This document shows positions 47,730 through 60,482 of a stretch of 64,000 nt of DNA, piece after piece. The translations under genes and the position numbers were made by a program. Location: the NCBI GenBank assembly GCA_965113315.1, contig OZ220373.1, one strand, 5' to 3'. This DNA comes from Podarcis vaucheri. Taxonomy: Eukaryota. Numbering within the stretch: position 1 is the first letter of the stretch; each line of letters starts with the position of its first letter. The notes below the pieces were generated by a model. The model searched no databases, was not told where the DNA came from, and saw only the letters and a list, made by a program, of their open reading frames with translations.

Positions 47730-49317
47730 CTGGATAAACAAATTAAACACATTAGGCAGTGAGACAGCTGTCAGAGAGAGAGAGTACAACAAAATGATTC
47801 TTTAAATATGCCTAATAGGTTTGGGCAGATTGCCATACTGGTTTCAAACATTTTGAGCTGGCAATACATTGTGGTGATTGGGGAGCTGAGGGCCACAGCA
47901 CAATGGTAGCTTCACCTGGTGGTATATCGCAGGTGAAGCAGCCACTGCTCCTGAGTCCCTCTGCTACCATACAACAAATAGTTTTTTTAAACTTCTCCAC
48001 GCTCCCACGAGCTGGAAGTGGATGGCTTATTCAGCTGAGAAGCAGGCTTCCTTAAACCATCCCCACAAGCCAGAGTGGGGGCTCAGCTGTGCGCTCCCTC
48101 AGCAGAGCATTTTAAAGAAGCTGTGCATCTGAACCGCCTTTGCACAGGGGTGTGGGTGGGCTACCTCTTGCCGGGGCAAGTGTTCACAGGGCTGCCTTAG
48201 CACAGGTGGAGCCAGGACTCCTTCCTCCAGGCGTTGGAGGAGGAAGCAGTTTTTCCCATCCAACGCCGACAGGAAGAGGCAGAAGCTGCACACCATGACA
48301 ATAATCGTCTCCGTGGCCAGTAATTGCCTTTTTCCTCCCTTCCTCCTTTCCAACATCGTAACATACCACCATATCAGGAAGTTTAGTTGGTGGTATATTA
48401 CAGTGTTGGAAAACAGGTACTGACTAGCTCAAATTGCCTGCCTTTCAGACAGAGAGGTAGACAGAGCTTGAGAAGGTGATTGCCTACAACCTTCTCACAC
48501 TTCATCTGCAGGGCTGCCTCTGGTTCACGTGAGCCAGAGGGTGGGTGCTTAATCAGCTGAGGAATGGGTGGGAGGCTGCCCACCCCGCAGCTGATCAAGC
48601 CTCCATACACGCAGAGGCACCCAGCACTCTAGGGCAATGTATCTTGGTTGAATCTTCATCCCTGAGGTGGGGAGGAAGCAGCAGCTGAGATATGCTGATG
48701 TATCATGATGTTGACAATATATCACGATGCTCCCAGGAGTGGGGGTGAAGTACTCAAAAACCACATATTTCCCAGTCCTAATGCCTAACTTCTGCAGCAT
48801 GTTTATACGCACTTCAGGCTTCTTTCATCTTTGTTGTCAGAAAGGGAAGTGGGGCAAGTGCCAATAATCTATGCATGCTAGTCCCAATTGGAAAGGCTTT
48901 CACTTTTGTAAATAGTTTTGGGAAGAGAGATGTACCCTAACCGACCCATTCATCATGGTTTCTAAAGGAGGAGTGGAAAAAGAAATGTTGACACTGGGCG
49001 TAGTGAATATACTACCTTTTCCCCATCTCACCACTGTCCAGGCATCCTCCCTCCACCCCGTTTCATCATCAAGTCAGCAAAAGTAGTTTTGCCAAAAAGC
49101 TATATTGATCAAATGGTAGAGTAACTTTGCATGGACTTACAATAAGTATAGCTACCAGTGCTCCCTGGATAAGTCCGGTCAACACATCACTCCAATGATG
49201 TTTGTAATCAGAAATACGGGAGAGGCCCACGTAGATGGATGCTGCAATAAGACCGAACTGAGCCGTAGGACGCACAAGTCTTGCCCAATCGCCTTTCATT
49301 CTGGCCTGAAGATAAAG
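47598..49317 (-). CDS. PLPP1: Phospholipid phosphatase 1 (PPAP2A/LPP1), last two coding exons; upstream exons lie beyond the right edge
   Basis: PAP2 C3 motif [12 protein letters not shown]; C-terminus ...[16 protein letters not shown]; conserved tail-to-tail position with MTREX. Confidence 0.95.
49141..49317 (-). CDS. PLPP1: PLPP1 penultimate exon
   Basis: [59 protein letters not shown]|GTAAGT; 177 nt. Confidence 0.96.
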
Positions 49318-49739
49318 CTAAAACCAAAGGGACAAAAGTTTAGAAATACAGAAGTCTAGCTAGTTAACAGGGTGGGCAGAAATAGAATGGGTCTTTTTTT
49401 AATACAGTAGTTCTAACTTGATACTCTGTTGATTTGCTAGGGACAACATTAAGTGCAATACTTTTGTACCATAATGAACATTGTGCTGAGTTGTGGCCTA
49501 ATTTTACACATACCCTTTCTATGGAGCTTGCAAATTGGATCATATTGTGTATTGCATATTATCCACCTTTTGATTCAAGCTGCACAATGTTTCATAATAT
49601 GTGAGGCATATTCTCCTTAATTATCAGCTATAACACTAAAGGAACCATTCATTACTTCAATAGTAGCTGTGAGTAGGGAGATCCTTGCTAAACACAGGCA
49701 GGTATTCAAATGCCTAGATGGGAAATGAATTCATATTTA

Positions 49740-50450
49740 AATAATTTGTATACTTTCCCTTCAATAAAAATGTTCAAGGTGGATTACAAATAAAAATACA
49801 AAGTAAAATACAGAATAAAATGAATGGCCTAAACCCCCAGCATAAACCCATACAGGTGAAATGGAGTTAAAGGGCTTGGAAAAATAAAAAAGTTATTTGT
49901 CTACTGCCAAAGTGGTAGAGTTGGTACAAGCTAATGCTCTCTCCAGAGAAAATTCCACAACCACAGTGCCTCCACTGAGAAGTCCCATTGCCCCTCAAGT
50001 CACCACTGCCTCATCTCTGATGGCCAAGACTCCTTCAGGAAAGCCTCCAAGCAAGATCTCAGAGATGCTGAGGGCAAGAATCGGCCCTCCTAAGGTGTGG
50101 GTAGAAATACACTGGGAGCCAGTACACTTGTTTAAGAACTTGGATTACCTTTACCATTGCCTGCTGTCAGTCAGCAACAGAGCAGCTGAATTTGAACTAA
50201 CAGAAGTTTCTATAGTCTTAGAAAGCAACTCCACTTACAATGCATTCATCAAAAATGGAGGTTACTGGAGCATAGATAACAATGGCCAAGCTGTCTGTCT
50301 GAGACAAGTCACGGCTGGCACACCAGCCTCAGCTAGTATGACAAAGCCGCTCAAGTTTATCCCCAAACTCAGCCTGCTCAAGTCATTTTCCCAGGCAGAC
50401 AAATGGTCTGTCAGCACTGGGATCAATAGTATATCCTTCTGATCTGAAAT
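49740..50450 (-). mobile_element. Degenerate LINE (probably L2) fragment
   Basis: A-rich reverse 3' tail followed by decayed ORF2-like sequence; recognised by general pattern only. Confidence 0.4.
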
Positions 50451-53400
50451 GAGTTTTGTTTTTTATCCCTTACAGTCCATTACTAATGCCAGACACCAAT
50501 TCATTATTTCCAGAGCCATCACAGGTTAGCATCTACCATGGGCTATAGTCTAGCAAGGAGCCCCCTGCCAAGAGCTCTGTGGACCTGCTCCTTCTGTTCA
50601 CTTGCCTCTTGCTCTGGCCCAGAGAACAAAGGAGCAAATGCCACTGCCTGCTTCCTTTTTGGCTCCCTGTTTTGCAAGCAAGCAGATGGTAGTAAGGTGG
50701 AAGAAGAGCAGCAGCTGTAGCTGGTGATGATGGTGGTGAGGAGAAGCGCCGAGGTGTCTTCCCATCACTCCTGACCACTGGCAAGGCTGGCTGCAGTTGA
50801 TGGGAGTTAAGTAGAGGACATCTGAAGGACACCACACTGATGACACCTGCAGAACTACACCCTGGATTCAACTGGTCAATTCCTCCCTGCTTGATGTTAT
50901 GAGCCACAATACCGACAGGAGGCTGCGCTTAGCCAAGTACCTTATCTATTTGCCTCATGCTGCAGAAACTCAAAATAAAACAAATCCATGAAACCGGACT
51001 AGATCAAGCTTTGGATAATCCACAGTCTGACCTGTAACAAAGGCATAACCTTTTCTAAAACAGGCAGTAACTGGACTTGATGGGATGCAGGTTGTGGCTA
51101 GCACTCCCACAGACAACTTCAACCATTCCTTGAACCTGTTAGAACCATTATGGTTGTGTAAATGCATATATACACAGAGCATGCTCTATGTGAGCAGTAG
51201 GTGCTACTTTCCAAAGTTAAATATTTGGGGAATGCCTAATCGGTTTTTCAAAGCAGCTATTACATCATAGTTTTGGCATCCAAATCTTTCATTCTGCTGG
51301 TTTAAAAAAAAAAAGCTGAAGTTTAAAGCTGCATGGAGCAATGTTTAGAAAACCATATAAAGGTTTTTCCACAGACCGAAGTTGTATTCCAGCTATGTTT
51401 TGTTGACAGAAAACTGAAGTTTCTAAGACAGTCTGCAGGCATATTTTTCAAAAATGTATACATGCGTGTTCACTATCAACAGCAAAGGTAGGTAATTCCT
51501 GCTGCTGCTGAAGTCCAACATAGCAAAATTACACAGTACAGTTTACAAGGCTAATGCTGTGTTTCCTCAAGGCTTGTTTTTGAGACTAACTTCTACAGCA
51601 ATGTAAATCATTTAGTCCCAGTGAGAACTTGAGACAGCAGTCATGCCGGTGGTCTGAAAAGAGCAGGCTGGCAGTACAGAGCTGGCATACTTCCTTCTTT
51701 CCAGCTTAGGAATTCCACTGAAGACATTGAAAAATGCATTCCTTTGCTAATAAGGTTTTTCCACACGCAAGCAATTGCTGTAGTTGGCAGAGGAACATTA
51801 TACACATAAGAGGGAAGGTGGTATATGTGGTTATGAGTGGGAGAGAAGGTGGGACCTAAGACAGTCCCTTAGAAGATTGTGGTCCATAAGCAAAGAGATT
51901 TGAGGGCCCGGGACACAAATCTAGGTGGCAGGATTTCGTGCTATTTGCCAAGCTGTCAAAACTGAACTGATGATTAAAATGCTGTCCCCAAAACAGAAAT
52001 GTATCTACAAAACTAGGCTGAGATGGCAAAACAGGAAACTCGGATTTAATGTTTATTCATGGACTTTAGGAAAGTAGCTACTTGGGCCACAGCTATTTAA
52101 GATGTGGAGCTAGGCTGCAATGAGACAGGAGGCACAGGTTGGGCTGTTCATTCTACCAACAATAAAAGCAGCTGATGTACAAGTCCAAAAGAAAAAGAGG
52201 ATCCAAATGCCCACCTCTTCTGCTGGTGACAGTTCAGATCAGTGGGTTTTCAAGTTGTATAAGCACCTCAGTCAATCTCAAGTGCTGTATGAAGCAGCTG
52301 GCTAAGAACTAGTAACTCTATACAGCCAAGAAGCAGTTTCTGCTTGTACTGTAGAGGGAAGTGAGGGGCAGATGGAGCCTGTCAACCTGGGAAGGTAGCC
52401 AATTGAGGAGAAGGAAACTGATCCTAAACCTCCACTGCCTTATGACTGTACTCATTTGGGAGACTGGGAGTAAACCCTGAGTAGAAATCCATACCCACTG
52501 CCTTGCGGGACATCTTCAGAAGGCTAAGGAGTAAGCCCTACACAATTCTGGAGTGGAATCCCTAAGACGGTTGGATGGTGTCTTGTATGCCCCCTTCCAG
52601 CCACTCCCACAGCCATGCTGGTGCCAAATGTATTGCTCTGCTTTCCTTTGGACCACATCAGCGAGGCTGACAGAGGGTGTTTTGTTATCTGGGCAGCCCC
52701 AGAGAAATCACTTTGTTGCTGCTAATGCAATTACTGGTCTCTGCAGTCACAGCAGGTGCTGTGATTCTCCAGCAGTTTTGACTTCACCCCCAGAGGCACA
52801 CCCCATTGTCTCTTGAGACAGACAAATGCCAACAAGAGCCTTCCAGAGCCGTCTACACCAAACACTGTCACTTCAAATAACTGACGATTTCCCTTTAACA
52901 GCAGCAGCTGCTGCTGTTTGTTGCACATGCATACTTTCATTTTACATGCCTGTTAGCTGATAGGACAGGTTAACTGCTTCCTTCTCTGAATTTAAATAAA
53001 GAGCTTGAGCTTGGCTGGCCCCTACCTTGTCATCACAAAGAGCAACAGCAGCCGCTCCCTCCCTGCATTCTATGAAACAAACACCCACTTATGCATGGAG
53101 GATGACATGCACGCAACCAATTCATTAATTGGCAGCCCTTTTCTCTTATTATTGTTTACACAAGTGATCTGGCAGCTTCAAGTCATAAAGACAGCTAACT
53201 AGTTCTAGTTATGTGCCCATTTTGACACAACAACAAACAGTCCTGTAGCCTCCATTAAGTCACCCGTTTTGCCTCTCCCTGCCCCCTGCCAAGCTATTCA
53301 TTAAACCAACAGACTGAAGTTTCAGGATGGACACCACTTCAAGCAGTAAGTGCCCCAACATGAATAGAGCAACCTATTCCCTAGGTTTGGAGATGAGAAA

Positions 53401-55432
53401 ACCCATTCCCACAATCCCAGAACAAACTGGTAGGGCATGTGTAAATACACTTGCTTTCCAGTAAAATAATAGCTACACTGCTTTGTTGTACTAAAAAAAG
53501 TATTTGTGTACTTCAACAGTAATGCTTTAAAACCCATGGGGCTTCCTTCAGAGTAGGCCTGCTAAAAGATTGGGTCTTCTAATCTGAGGTTGCCGGGGTG
53601 ACAACTGAGCACAAAAATAAGGAACCCGCTGTATAACAGCAGACACAAATAGAAAAAACAGGTCCAGGCCAGCATACAAAGACAATACATAGCAAGCAAA
53701 GTACAACGGATTGTATTAGTCACAATGTACCCGCTATTACAAGGCATGTAGTACATACAAGCGGTACTCCAGAATCATCAAAATAAGTACAATACTATAA
53801 TTAATGATATATTGTCATATATCTTTGATGCAAGAAAATTCTTGGGAGCAGCTGTAGCAAACAGGACTGGAGCCCGGCGATCCCAGTTTCAAAGAGAAAC
53901 TCCAGCCTGTGATGTTAACAAGGTCCCACATTGGGTCTCACAAGTTGAGGCACTTGTCTTATGAACTGAAGTAATAATGTGATGCGTTTCTAGCCTGCTA
54001 GCAGAAAAGTGATGACACAAATTACTACAAATGGAAAGTGCTTACAGCAGTGCCTGCCGTAGAGATGCAAATGCCAAGGCCCCTGTAACATGCAGCCTGG
54101 CCCTGAGCAAAGGGAGGAACATTCATAAATTAGCAGCATGGCAGTTGAATTTCTCCACTATCATTTTTGTCCTTCTCTGAAGGCTGCCGTTTCCTTAGGT
54201 GTCAGATGCTTTTTACCTTTGGTGGTCTCCGCTTAAAAGTGCCTTTAATTTGTTAAATTAGAATACCCCCACAGCTCCCTTCGAGATGTGTTTATAGAAT
54301 GTGGTTAAGCTTTCACTCATAATGAAAACACAGCCTCTTCACCACATACATCCTGAGCGCAGTGTTCCTCCCACTCTCTGGTGAAATGCTCCACTTCTCC
54401 CACATGCACCACCTTTTAGAAGAAGCCACAGACCCAAGTGGAAGCAGAGAATGAACTGCTTTTGGAAAGGCATTTACAAATGTTGCAGCAAGCAGAGCTT
54501 GCAGTCAAATGGATTTTGGGAGTCACTGTTAATACTCTAGAAGATCTGATCACAAGAGGAACAGTAGTAAGCAAGTAATTCTTTCCAGCCATGACGAGGG
54601 GAGTGTTATTCCCCCCTCCTCAAATGTTCCTTTGTCACAGTCTACATCATGCAATGTGATGGAGGGCGATCAGTAATTTCATGTGGGTGACAAGGAGGGA
54701 AGAAATGGGGAAAGCTAGAGGGAGGAAGTGTTCAATAGCAAAGGAGGTGCCCTGCACCATTTTGGCTCTACCTATGTCCACTGCCCTCAACAGACCTAAC
54801 CCAACCCAAACCTGCCTTACAGCAAATTCTGGTGACTTGGCCTCTAGAGATTCCTTTGCTCTACATGTGTCTAATTCACAAAGGAAGCACCTTCTCTCCA
54901 GTGCTAGGGACCCTATTTTTCTAGCATCTCATCCAGTCTGATTGTACAGGAATAAAGTAAGCTAATCTATGGAATCTACAGGATGAAGGGTGGTATACAA
55001 ATATTTTGAACAAACCCTGAGATATGTTCTCATGAGTCTCTTACATGAAGGTAGGAAAGGGGGCAGTTTATCATCTGCTTATAAAACTGGATCTCAGTGT
55101 GAACTTAACATTGTTAAGTTTAGGTTTTCCAAAACTCTTTTCTGAAGGGGATTGAGTGAAAGGCAGAACTTTGGGGAGAAAATGAATGTGTGTAGGGGAC
55201 TGGGCCCAGATTAAGGGGTGTACAAGATAATGTTTTAGCTTTCAAGCTTTCCTTAAGAATTAATCCATTGTGGTTTTAGGCCCTTCTCTATAGCACCATA
55301 GGGGTTACAAACAAACCAAAAGCAGAACTACTGGAGACAGTGTGTCAGACTATGCCTGCTGTTTACAGCCAAGACTCTGGAGAACCATTAATCCTTTATA
55401 TATATATATTTAACTTGAAGAGGTCATATATT

Positions 55433-55790
55433 TTAGGGAAGCTTTTTAGGGAAGCTTTTAATATCTGAAGGACTATTGTATTTTAATATTTTGTTGGAAG
55501 CCGCCCAGAGCAGCTGCGGAAACCCAGGCAGATGGGTGGGGTATAAATAATAAATTAATTATTACAGTGGTACCTCAGGTTAAGCACATAATTCGTTCCG
55601 GAGGTCTGTTCTTAACCTGAAGCACCACTTTAGCTAATGGGGCCTCCCACTGCTGCCGCACCGCCGGAACATGATTTCTGTTCTCATCCTGAAGCAAAGT
55701 TCTTAACCCGAGGCACTATTTCTGGGTTAGCGGAGTCTGTAACCTGAGGCGTATGTAACCCGAGGTACCACCGTATTATTATTATTATTT
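55433..55790 (+). mobile_element. L2 3' end (same family as 5930-6835) with a MITE inserted in its (ATT)n tail
   Basis: TTTAGGGAAGCTTTTAAT...GGAAGCCGCCCAGAG...GGGGTATAAATAATAAATT matches about 6704-6830. Confidence 0.8.
55565..55773. mobile_element. Tc1/mariner (Tigger-like) MITE
   Basis: TA|CAGTGGTACCTCAGGTTA...TAACCCGAGGTACCACCG|TA; reverse-orientation relative of 60257-60482. Confidence 0.88.
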
Positions 55791-55848
55791 CATAAGCATG
55801 TATTTTGCAATGACAACCATGGTAGGTAATTTTGCTTAAGTATAATTA

Positions 55849-55935
55849 CCGTATTTTTTGCACCATAACACTCACTTTTTTCCTCCTAAAAAGTAAGGGG
55901 AAATGTCTGTTCGTGTTATAGAGCGAAAAATACGG
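55849..55935. mobile_element. Minimal 87-bp derivative of the 33954-34824 family
   Basis: TA|CCGTATTTTTTGCACCATAACAC...CGTGTTATAGAGCGAAAAATACGG|TA. Confidence 0.85.
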
Positions 55936-57289
55936 TAGTGTTGAAATGAATAGGCGTTGTGTGTACACAGTCATTGTCAGCCTGTATACCCAACTGCAGC
56001 TGCTGTAGCACTGCACATAGGCTGTAGTGTGCTAAAGAACTCATGGGGCACTCCAGGCAGCGTGATAAAGATAATGCAAAGCCACTTCATGAATTAGGTC
56101 CAGAAACACACTTAGTGCAGAACTGAATCTAAGAGCTTCATGCCATTGCTTTGAAGAGTAAGATGAGTATTCATTGTCAGTTACATACACTTCACCTCAT
56201 TTTAGGACAAGGGTAGAAACCTATGGCCCACCAAAGGCTGTTGGACTACAATTCCCATCAGCCCCAGCCAGCATAAACAATGGTCAAGGATGATGGGACC
56301 TATAGGGCAGGTGAGTGAGTCTTTCACACACTGTTCTCTCACTCTAATATAAAACATCCTACATTTACACGACATATTTATTTAGTTTATTTTACAATTT
56401 ATATGCTTACATTTAACAGTAACTCTTGGGGCAGCTAATAAAATATTAACATAATTGCTAAATGCTTTTATTAGGAAGCTGTGCAGATAGAGCAATTCAA
56501 ATTATAATGTGGGCAATTGAGTAAAATAAAAGCTTGCCACTGCTATTTGACTGGCCAAAGAAGAATGAAGCAAAAATGTTAGAAACTGCTTCCTTTCCCA
56601 AAAGACAAAAACTGCTGCTAGCAGGGTTGCAAAGGTATTTATAAGCGTGTTTTTTAAGAGTTTAAAATATTTAGGCCAAGATCCACCCATCCAAGAGAGC
56701 ATACGCAACTGCTGCCTACTCTTCTCTATTTAAAATCAAAGATAGCTGCAGTGACAGGTTATAATGGATTGTATTCAACTGATTTTTCCTTGGAGTAGAC
56801 AGATTTAGGAAAGGTGAGATATAAATGTAGTGAATAAATAACCACTGCTCCACCCACTTTTGCCTCTGGCCCCCAGAAAGCTTCCCATGAGGGAATACAG
56901 CTCTGTGTTTGAAAAAGGTTCCCAACTTGCCTGAAAAGGAAAACATTCGGTTTTCATTCCCTCAGCTCTGAGTAGAAATAAATGCATGTGTGGGGTGCTG
57001 TTCCCTTAAACTGCAAAAATGACTGCAAGCGGTATTAAAAGTGGCCTTATGTTTCTTATTTGTAATTATTAACAGCAAGAAAACTGTAGTTTTAAGAGCA
57101 TTTTCTGCAAAGATGAAGAGGCTGTGTCTCTCAGACCACATAGTTCTTTGGGAGAGAGCTGGATATAGCACACCAAAATTGCTTTCAGTTACAATAATAC
57201 AACAGGTCAGCTCTCCACCTCTAGCACCAAGACTTCTAATTCCAGAAGAAAATAGGTTCATCCTATATTGACACAGGAAATCCAGAACT

Positions 57290-57830
57290 ACAATTGTTAT
57301 CCAGCCTCTGCTTGAAGACCTTGAGTGAGGGGCAGCCCACCAGCCCTCTAGGCAACTGGTTCCACTACTGAACGGCTCCTGTAGCTTAAGCCCAGGCATG
57401 GCCAAACTTGGCCTTCCAGCTGTTTTAGGACTACAACTCCCATCATCCCTAGCTAACAGAACCAGTGGTCAGGGATGATGGGAATTGTAGTCCCAAAACA
57501 GCTGGAGGTCCAAGTTTGGCCATGCCTATTAGATCAAGTTCTGCCATCTGGGGCACCTATTTTATGTGATAACCCTTTGGGTCTTCCACAGCCCCACTCC
57601 ATAGCCTTCTCAAGACAAAACATGCCCAGTTCCTTAAACATTTCCTTATAGGACTTACTTTCCACACCCCTGAATATCTTTGTTGCCATTTCCTGAACCT
57701 ATTCCTAATTGAAATATCCCATTTTTAAAGTGCAGGGCCCAGAACTGGATACAGTACTCCAGAGGACGTCTGACTGATGCAGAATAAAGTAGAACTTCTA
57801 CTTCCTGTGACTTGGAAACTATGGCCTTCA
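57290..57830 (-). mobile_element. Degenerate CR1 fragment
   Basis: Reverse CR1 hallmarks CCAGCCTCTGCTTGAAGACC...GGCAACTGGTTCCAC and CCAGAACTGGATACAGTACTCCAG. Confidence 0.6.
57393..57527. mobile_element. Palindromic hAT-type MITE nested in the CR1 fragment
   Basis: AGGCATGGCCAAACTTGG...CCAAGTTTGGCCATGCCT; core shared with 1767-1903. Confidence 0.85.
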
Positions 57831-58119
57831 GGTTGAAACAAGGCAGACTCCTAAGGCACCATGGGACAGCATCATAAGCTATTTTCTGCTAGGGAAAGTA
57901 CAAACGAGGAAAATGAAAAAGCTTTCCGTGCGCTGTCCATCAGTCACACATGAAAACAGATTATTATTACTATTATTAAGTCGTATACTACCCTTTATCT
58001 GAAGATCACAGGGCAGATCACAACATAAAAATACAAGATAAGGACATAAAATATAATAATAAAACACAAACACAAACCAATAACCCCCTTCCCACAAACA
58101 CTTTTAAAAGGCCATAGAA

Positions 58120-58379
58120 CATGGGTAGGCAAACTAAGGCCCAGGGGCCGGATCCGGCCCAATCGCTTTCTGAATCTGGCCCGCGGACAGTATGGGAATC
58201 AGTGTGTTTTTACATGAGTAGAATATGTGCTTTTATTTAAAATGCATCTCTGGGTTATTTGTGGGGCATAGGAATTCGTTCATTCCCCCTCCCCCCCAAC
58301 AAAAAAAATATAGTCCGACCCCCACAAGGTCTGAGGGACAGTGGACCGGCCCCCTGCTGAAAAAGTTTGCTGACCCCTG
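58120..58379 (+). mobile_element. hAT Charlie-group MITE (OC1-like ends)
   Basis: CATGGGTAGGCAAACT...AGTTTGCTGACCCCTG; perfect 8-bp TSD CCATAGAA (58112-58119, 58380-58387); sits in a reverse LINE 3' remnant (about 57960-58440). Confidence 0.88.
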
Positions 58380-59859
58380 CCATAGAATATTCAATCCGCC
58401 AAAGGCCTGGCTATAGAAAAATGTTTTCGCCTGGTGCCTCACACAAAGAAAAGGATAGCAAAAATGTTACATGTGCAGTTACATGCACAATTTGTACATG
58501 GTTTTCCTACACAAGTCATCATGCAGAAAACGAAGACCTAGAATATTTATGTACTCTTTATAAATCAGTGCAAAAACTAGGTCTTGTGTTGCTCAGTGAT
58601 TGGCTTTGAACCAGCAATTAGACAGAATGTAACCACTGTGATATATTTTATGCATGTGGAAGTAGTAAATGATCATTATTCAGAGTTGCCTCCTCAAGCA
58701 CTTCAAATAAGACTAAAACATGTTTTATAGGCTCTAATAAGTAATGGTTATTACCATTAGACAAAGATTACAGTACGGAAATAGATATAGATCTCTGTTT
58801 CACTTAGGGCCAAAAGAGACATGACACGGCAGAGCCATGATTGCATCTCTCTCTTTTAAAGGAACACTTAAAAGCAGCTGCTTGGGGCTCAATTTCACTC
58901 AGAGAAGTTGTGCTTGGGGAGGTGGTTTTCAGTTTTGTTTAAAATGCCCCACAAGCTACTGTTACATCTTACTTTTGAGAAGGATGGGGGAAATATATTC
59001 TTTCATTCAAGGAAAAAGAAACCTAGACAGCCTAGAAAGATGTGGCCATCTATCTCTTTGGCAACTTCCATGCCTTCAGATTAATAGCAAACCTGTCAAT
59101 CTTCGAGCATCTAAATTGAAGGGGCAGCTGAAGATTGATAGAATTACACCAGAGCTGGTTTTGGGGTTCGGAGGAATCCCCATTAGCAAATAAGATGGCT
59201 TCTTTCTGCACCAACTAGGGACACAATGGGTGCCTGGATTGCCAGCATCATGTTAATATTTTGGCACATGTTACAAGCACAAGACCATAGATAAAGGTGT
59301 AAAATTCCAACTAATGCGTGGATTAAATTAAAGATTGCCACATCCTATATAAAAAATGTCATTTGCCTCTTGTGCAGATCAAATCCACTAACAGCTCATT
59401 TCAGCAAATGCTTCACCTCTGTTTCTCTTCAATATACTGGGAACAGTGAGGGGAAAGGCCACTTTTGATGCAGCTTGTGGCATTTTGTTGCATGTTCCAC
59501 TTATATTGAGTTTGTGGGTAGCATGTGAAAAAAGGGAAGAAGCCACACAGTATAACCTTATATACTTCCTTTTTAGCTCTCAGAAGAGAGGAGAGATTTC
59601 TCTACTCAGTCCTGCTTCTTCTTTCCAAGAACACTGATTTACATGCCATGGTGGGGAAGCAAACTGGGCTCCTTCACACAATTTATCTAAATGGTTCAAA
59701 AATGCTAAGTTTTTTAATTTACTAATATTCCAGTAGGAATCATTACACAACAGGAGATGAGGCACTGGTGCCCCATAGAGCTTATTCCCCCCCCTCCCAT
59801 GTGCAGGAAAAACAAAATTATTAAAATTCACCATGTACGGTATGTAAATTTGCATAATT

Positions 59860-60044
59860 TAGGGTTGCCATATTTCAAAAAGTGAAAATCCGGACACAAA
59901 GCTTGTTGAGCTTTTGTTTTAAAAAAGAGACTGCCCACATGGGTTGCCATACATCTGGATTTTCCTGGGCATTTTGCCGATTTATGCCTGGACACTGCTT
60001 CCGACTGCAGTATTCTGGGAAATTCTGGATGTATGGCAACCCTA
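59860..60044. mobile_element. hAT-type MITE, same family as 2516-2785
   Basis: TAGGGTTGCCATA...TATGGCAACCCTA; no clear TSD. Confidence 0.8.
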
Positions 60045-60256
60045 AACAACTCACAAGCTATTTCTGATACAGAAATCTGGTTGCTCTTTATTGTATGCTC
60101 CAAGTACAGTCTTCCACGTCCTCTAAGGAACTCAGAAAGCCACAAATGGAAATCCCAGGAACCCATGAAATTACACCTGCATGAGTCTAGAGCAACTATT
60201 TGGTGGAGGAGTAACAAAGAAAGAGCACAAAAACCCAGCATCCCATTTAACAGATA

Positions 60257-60482
60257 CAGTGGTACCTCGGGTTACATACGCTTCAGGTTACAGACTCTGC
60301 TAACCCAGAAATATTACCTCGGGTTAAGAACTTTGCTTCAGGATGAGAACAGAAATCGTGCTCCGGCGGTGCGGCAGCAGCAAGAGGCCCCATTAGCTAA
60401 AGTGGTGCTTCAGGTTAAGAACAGTTTCAGGTTAAGAACGGACCTCCGGAATGAATTAAGTACTTAACCTGAGGTACCACTG
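60257..60482. mobile_element. Tc1/mariner (Tigger-like) MITE
   Basis: TA|CAGTGGTACCTCGGGTTA...TAACCTGAGGTACCACTG|TA. Confidence 0.9.

Noticed and set aside
49897-50442. 181-aa plus-strand ORF
   Set aside because: No recognisable domain or ATG/splice context; appears antisense to a decayed LINE.
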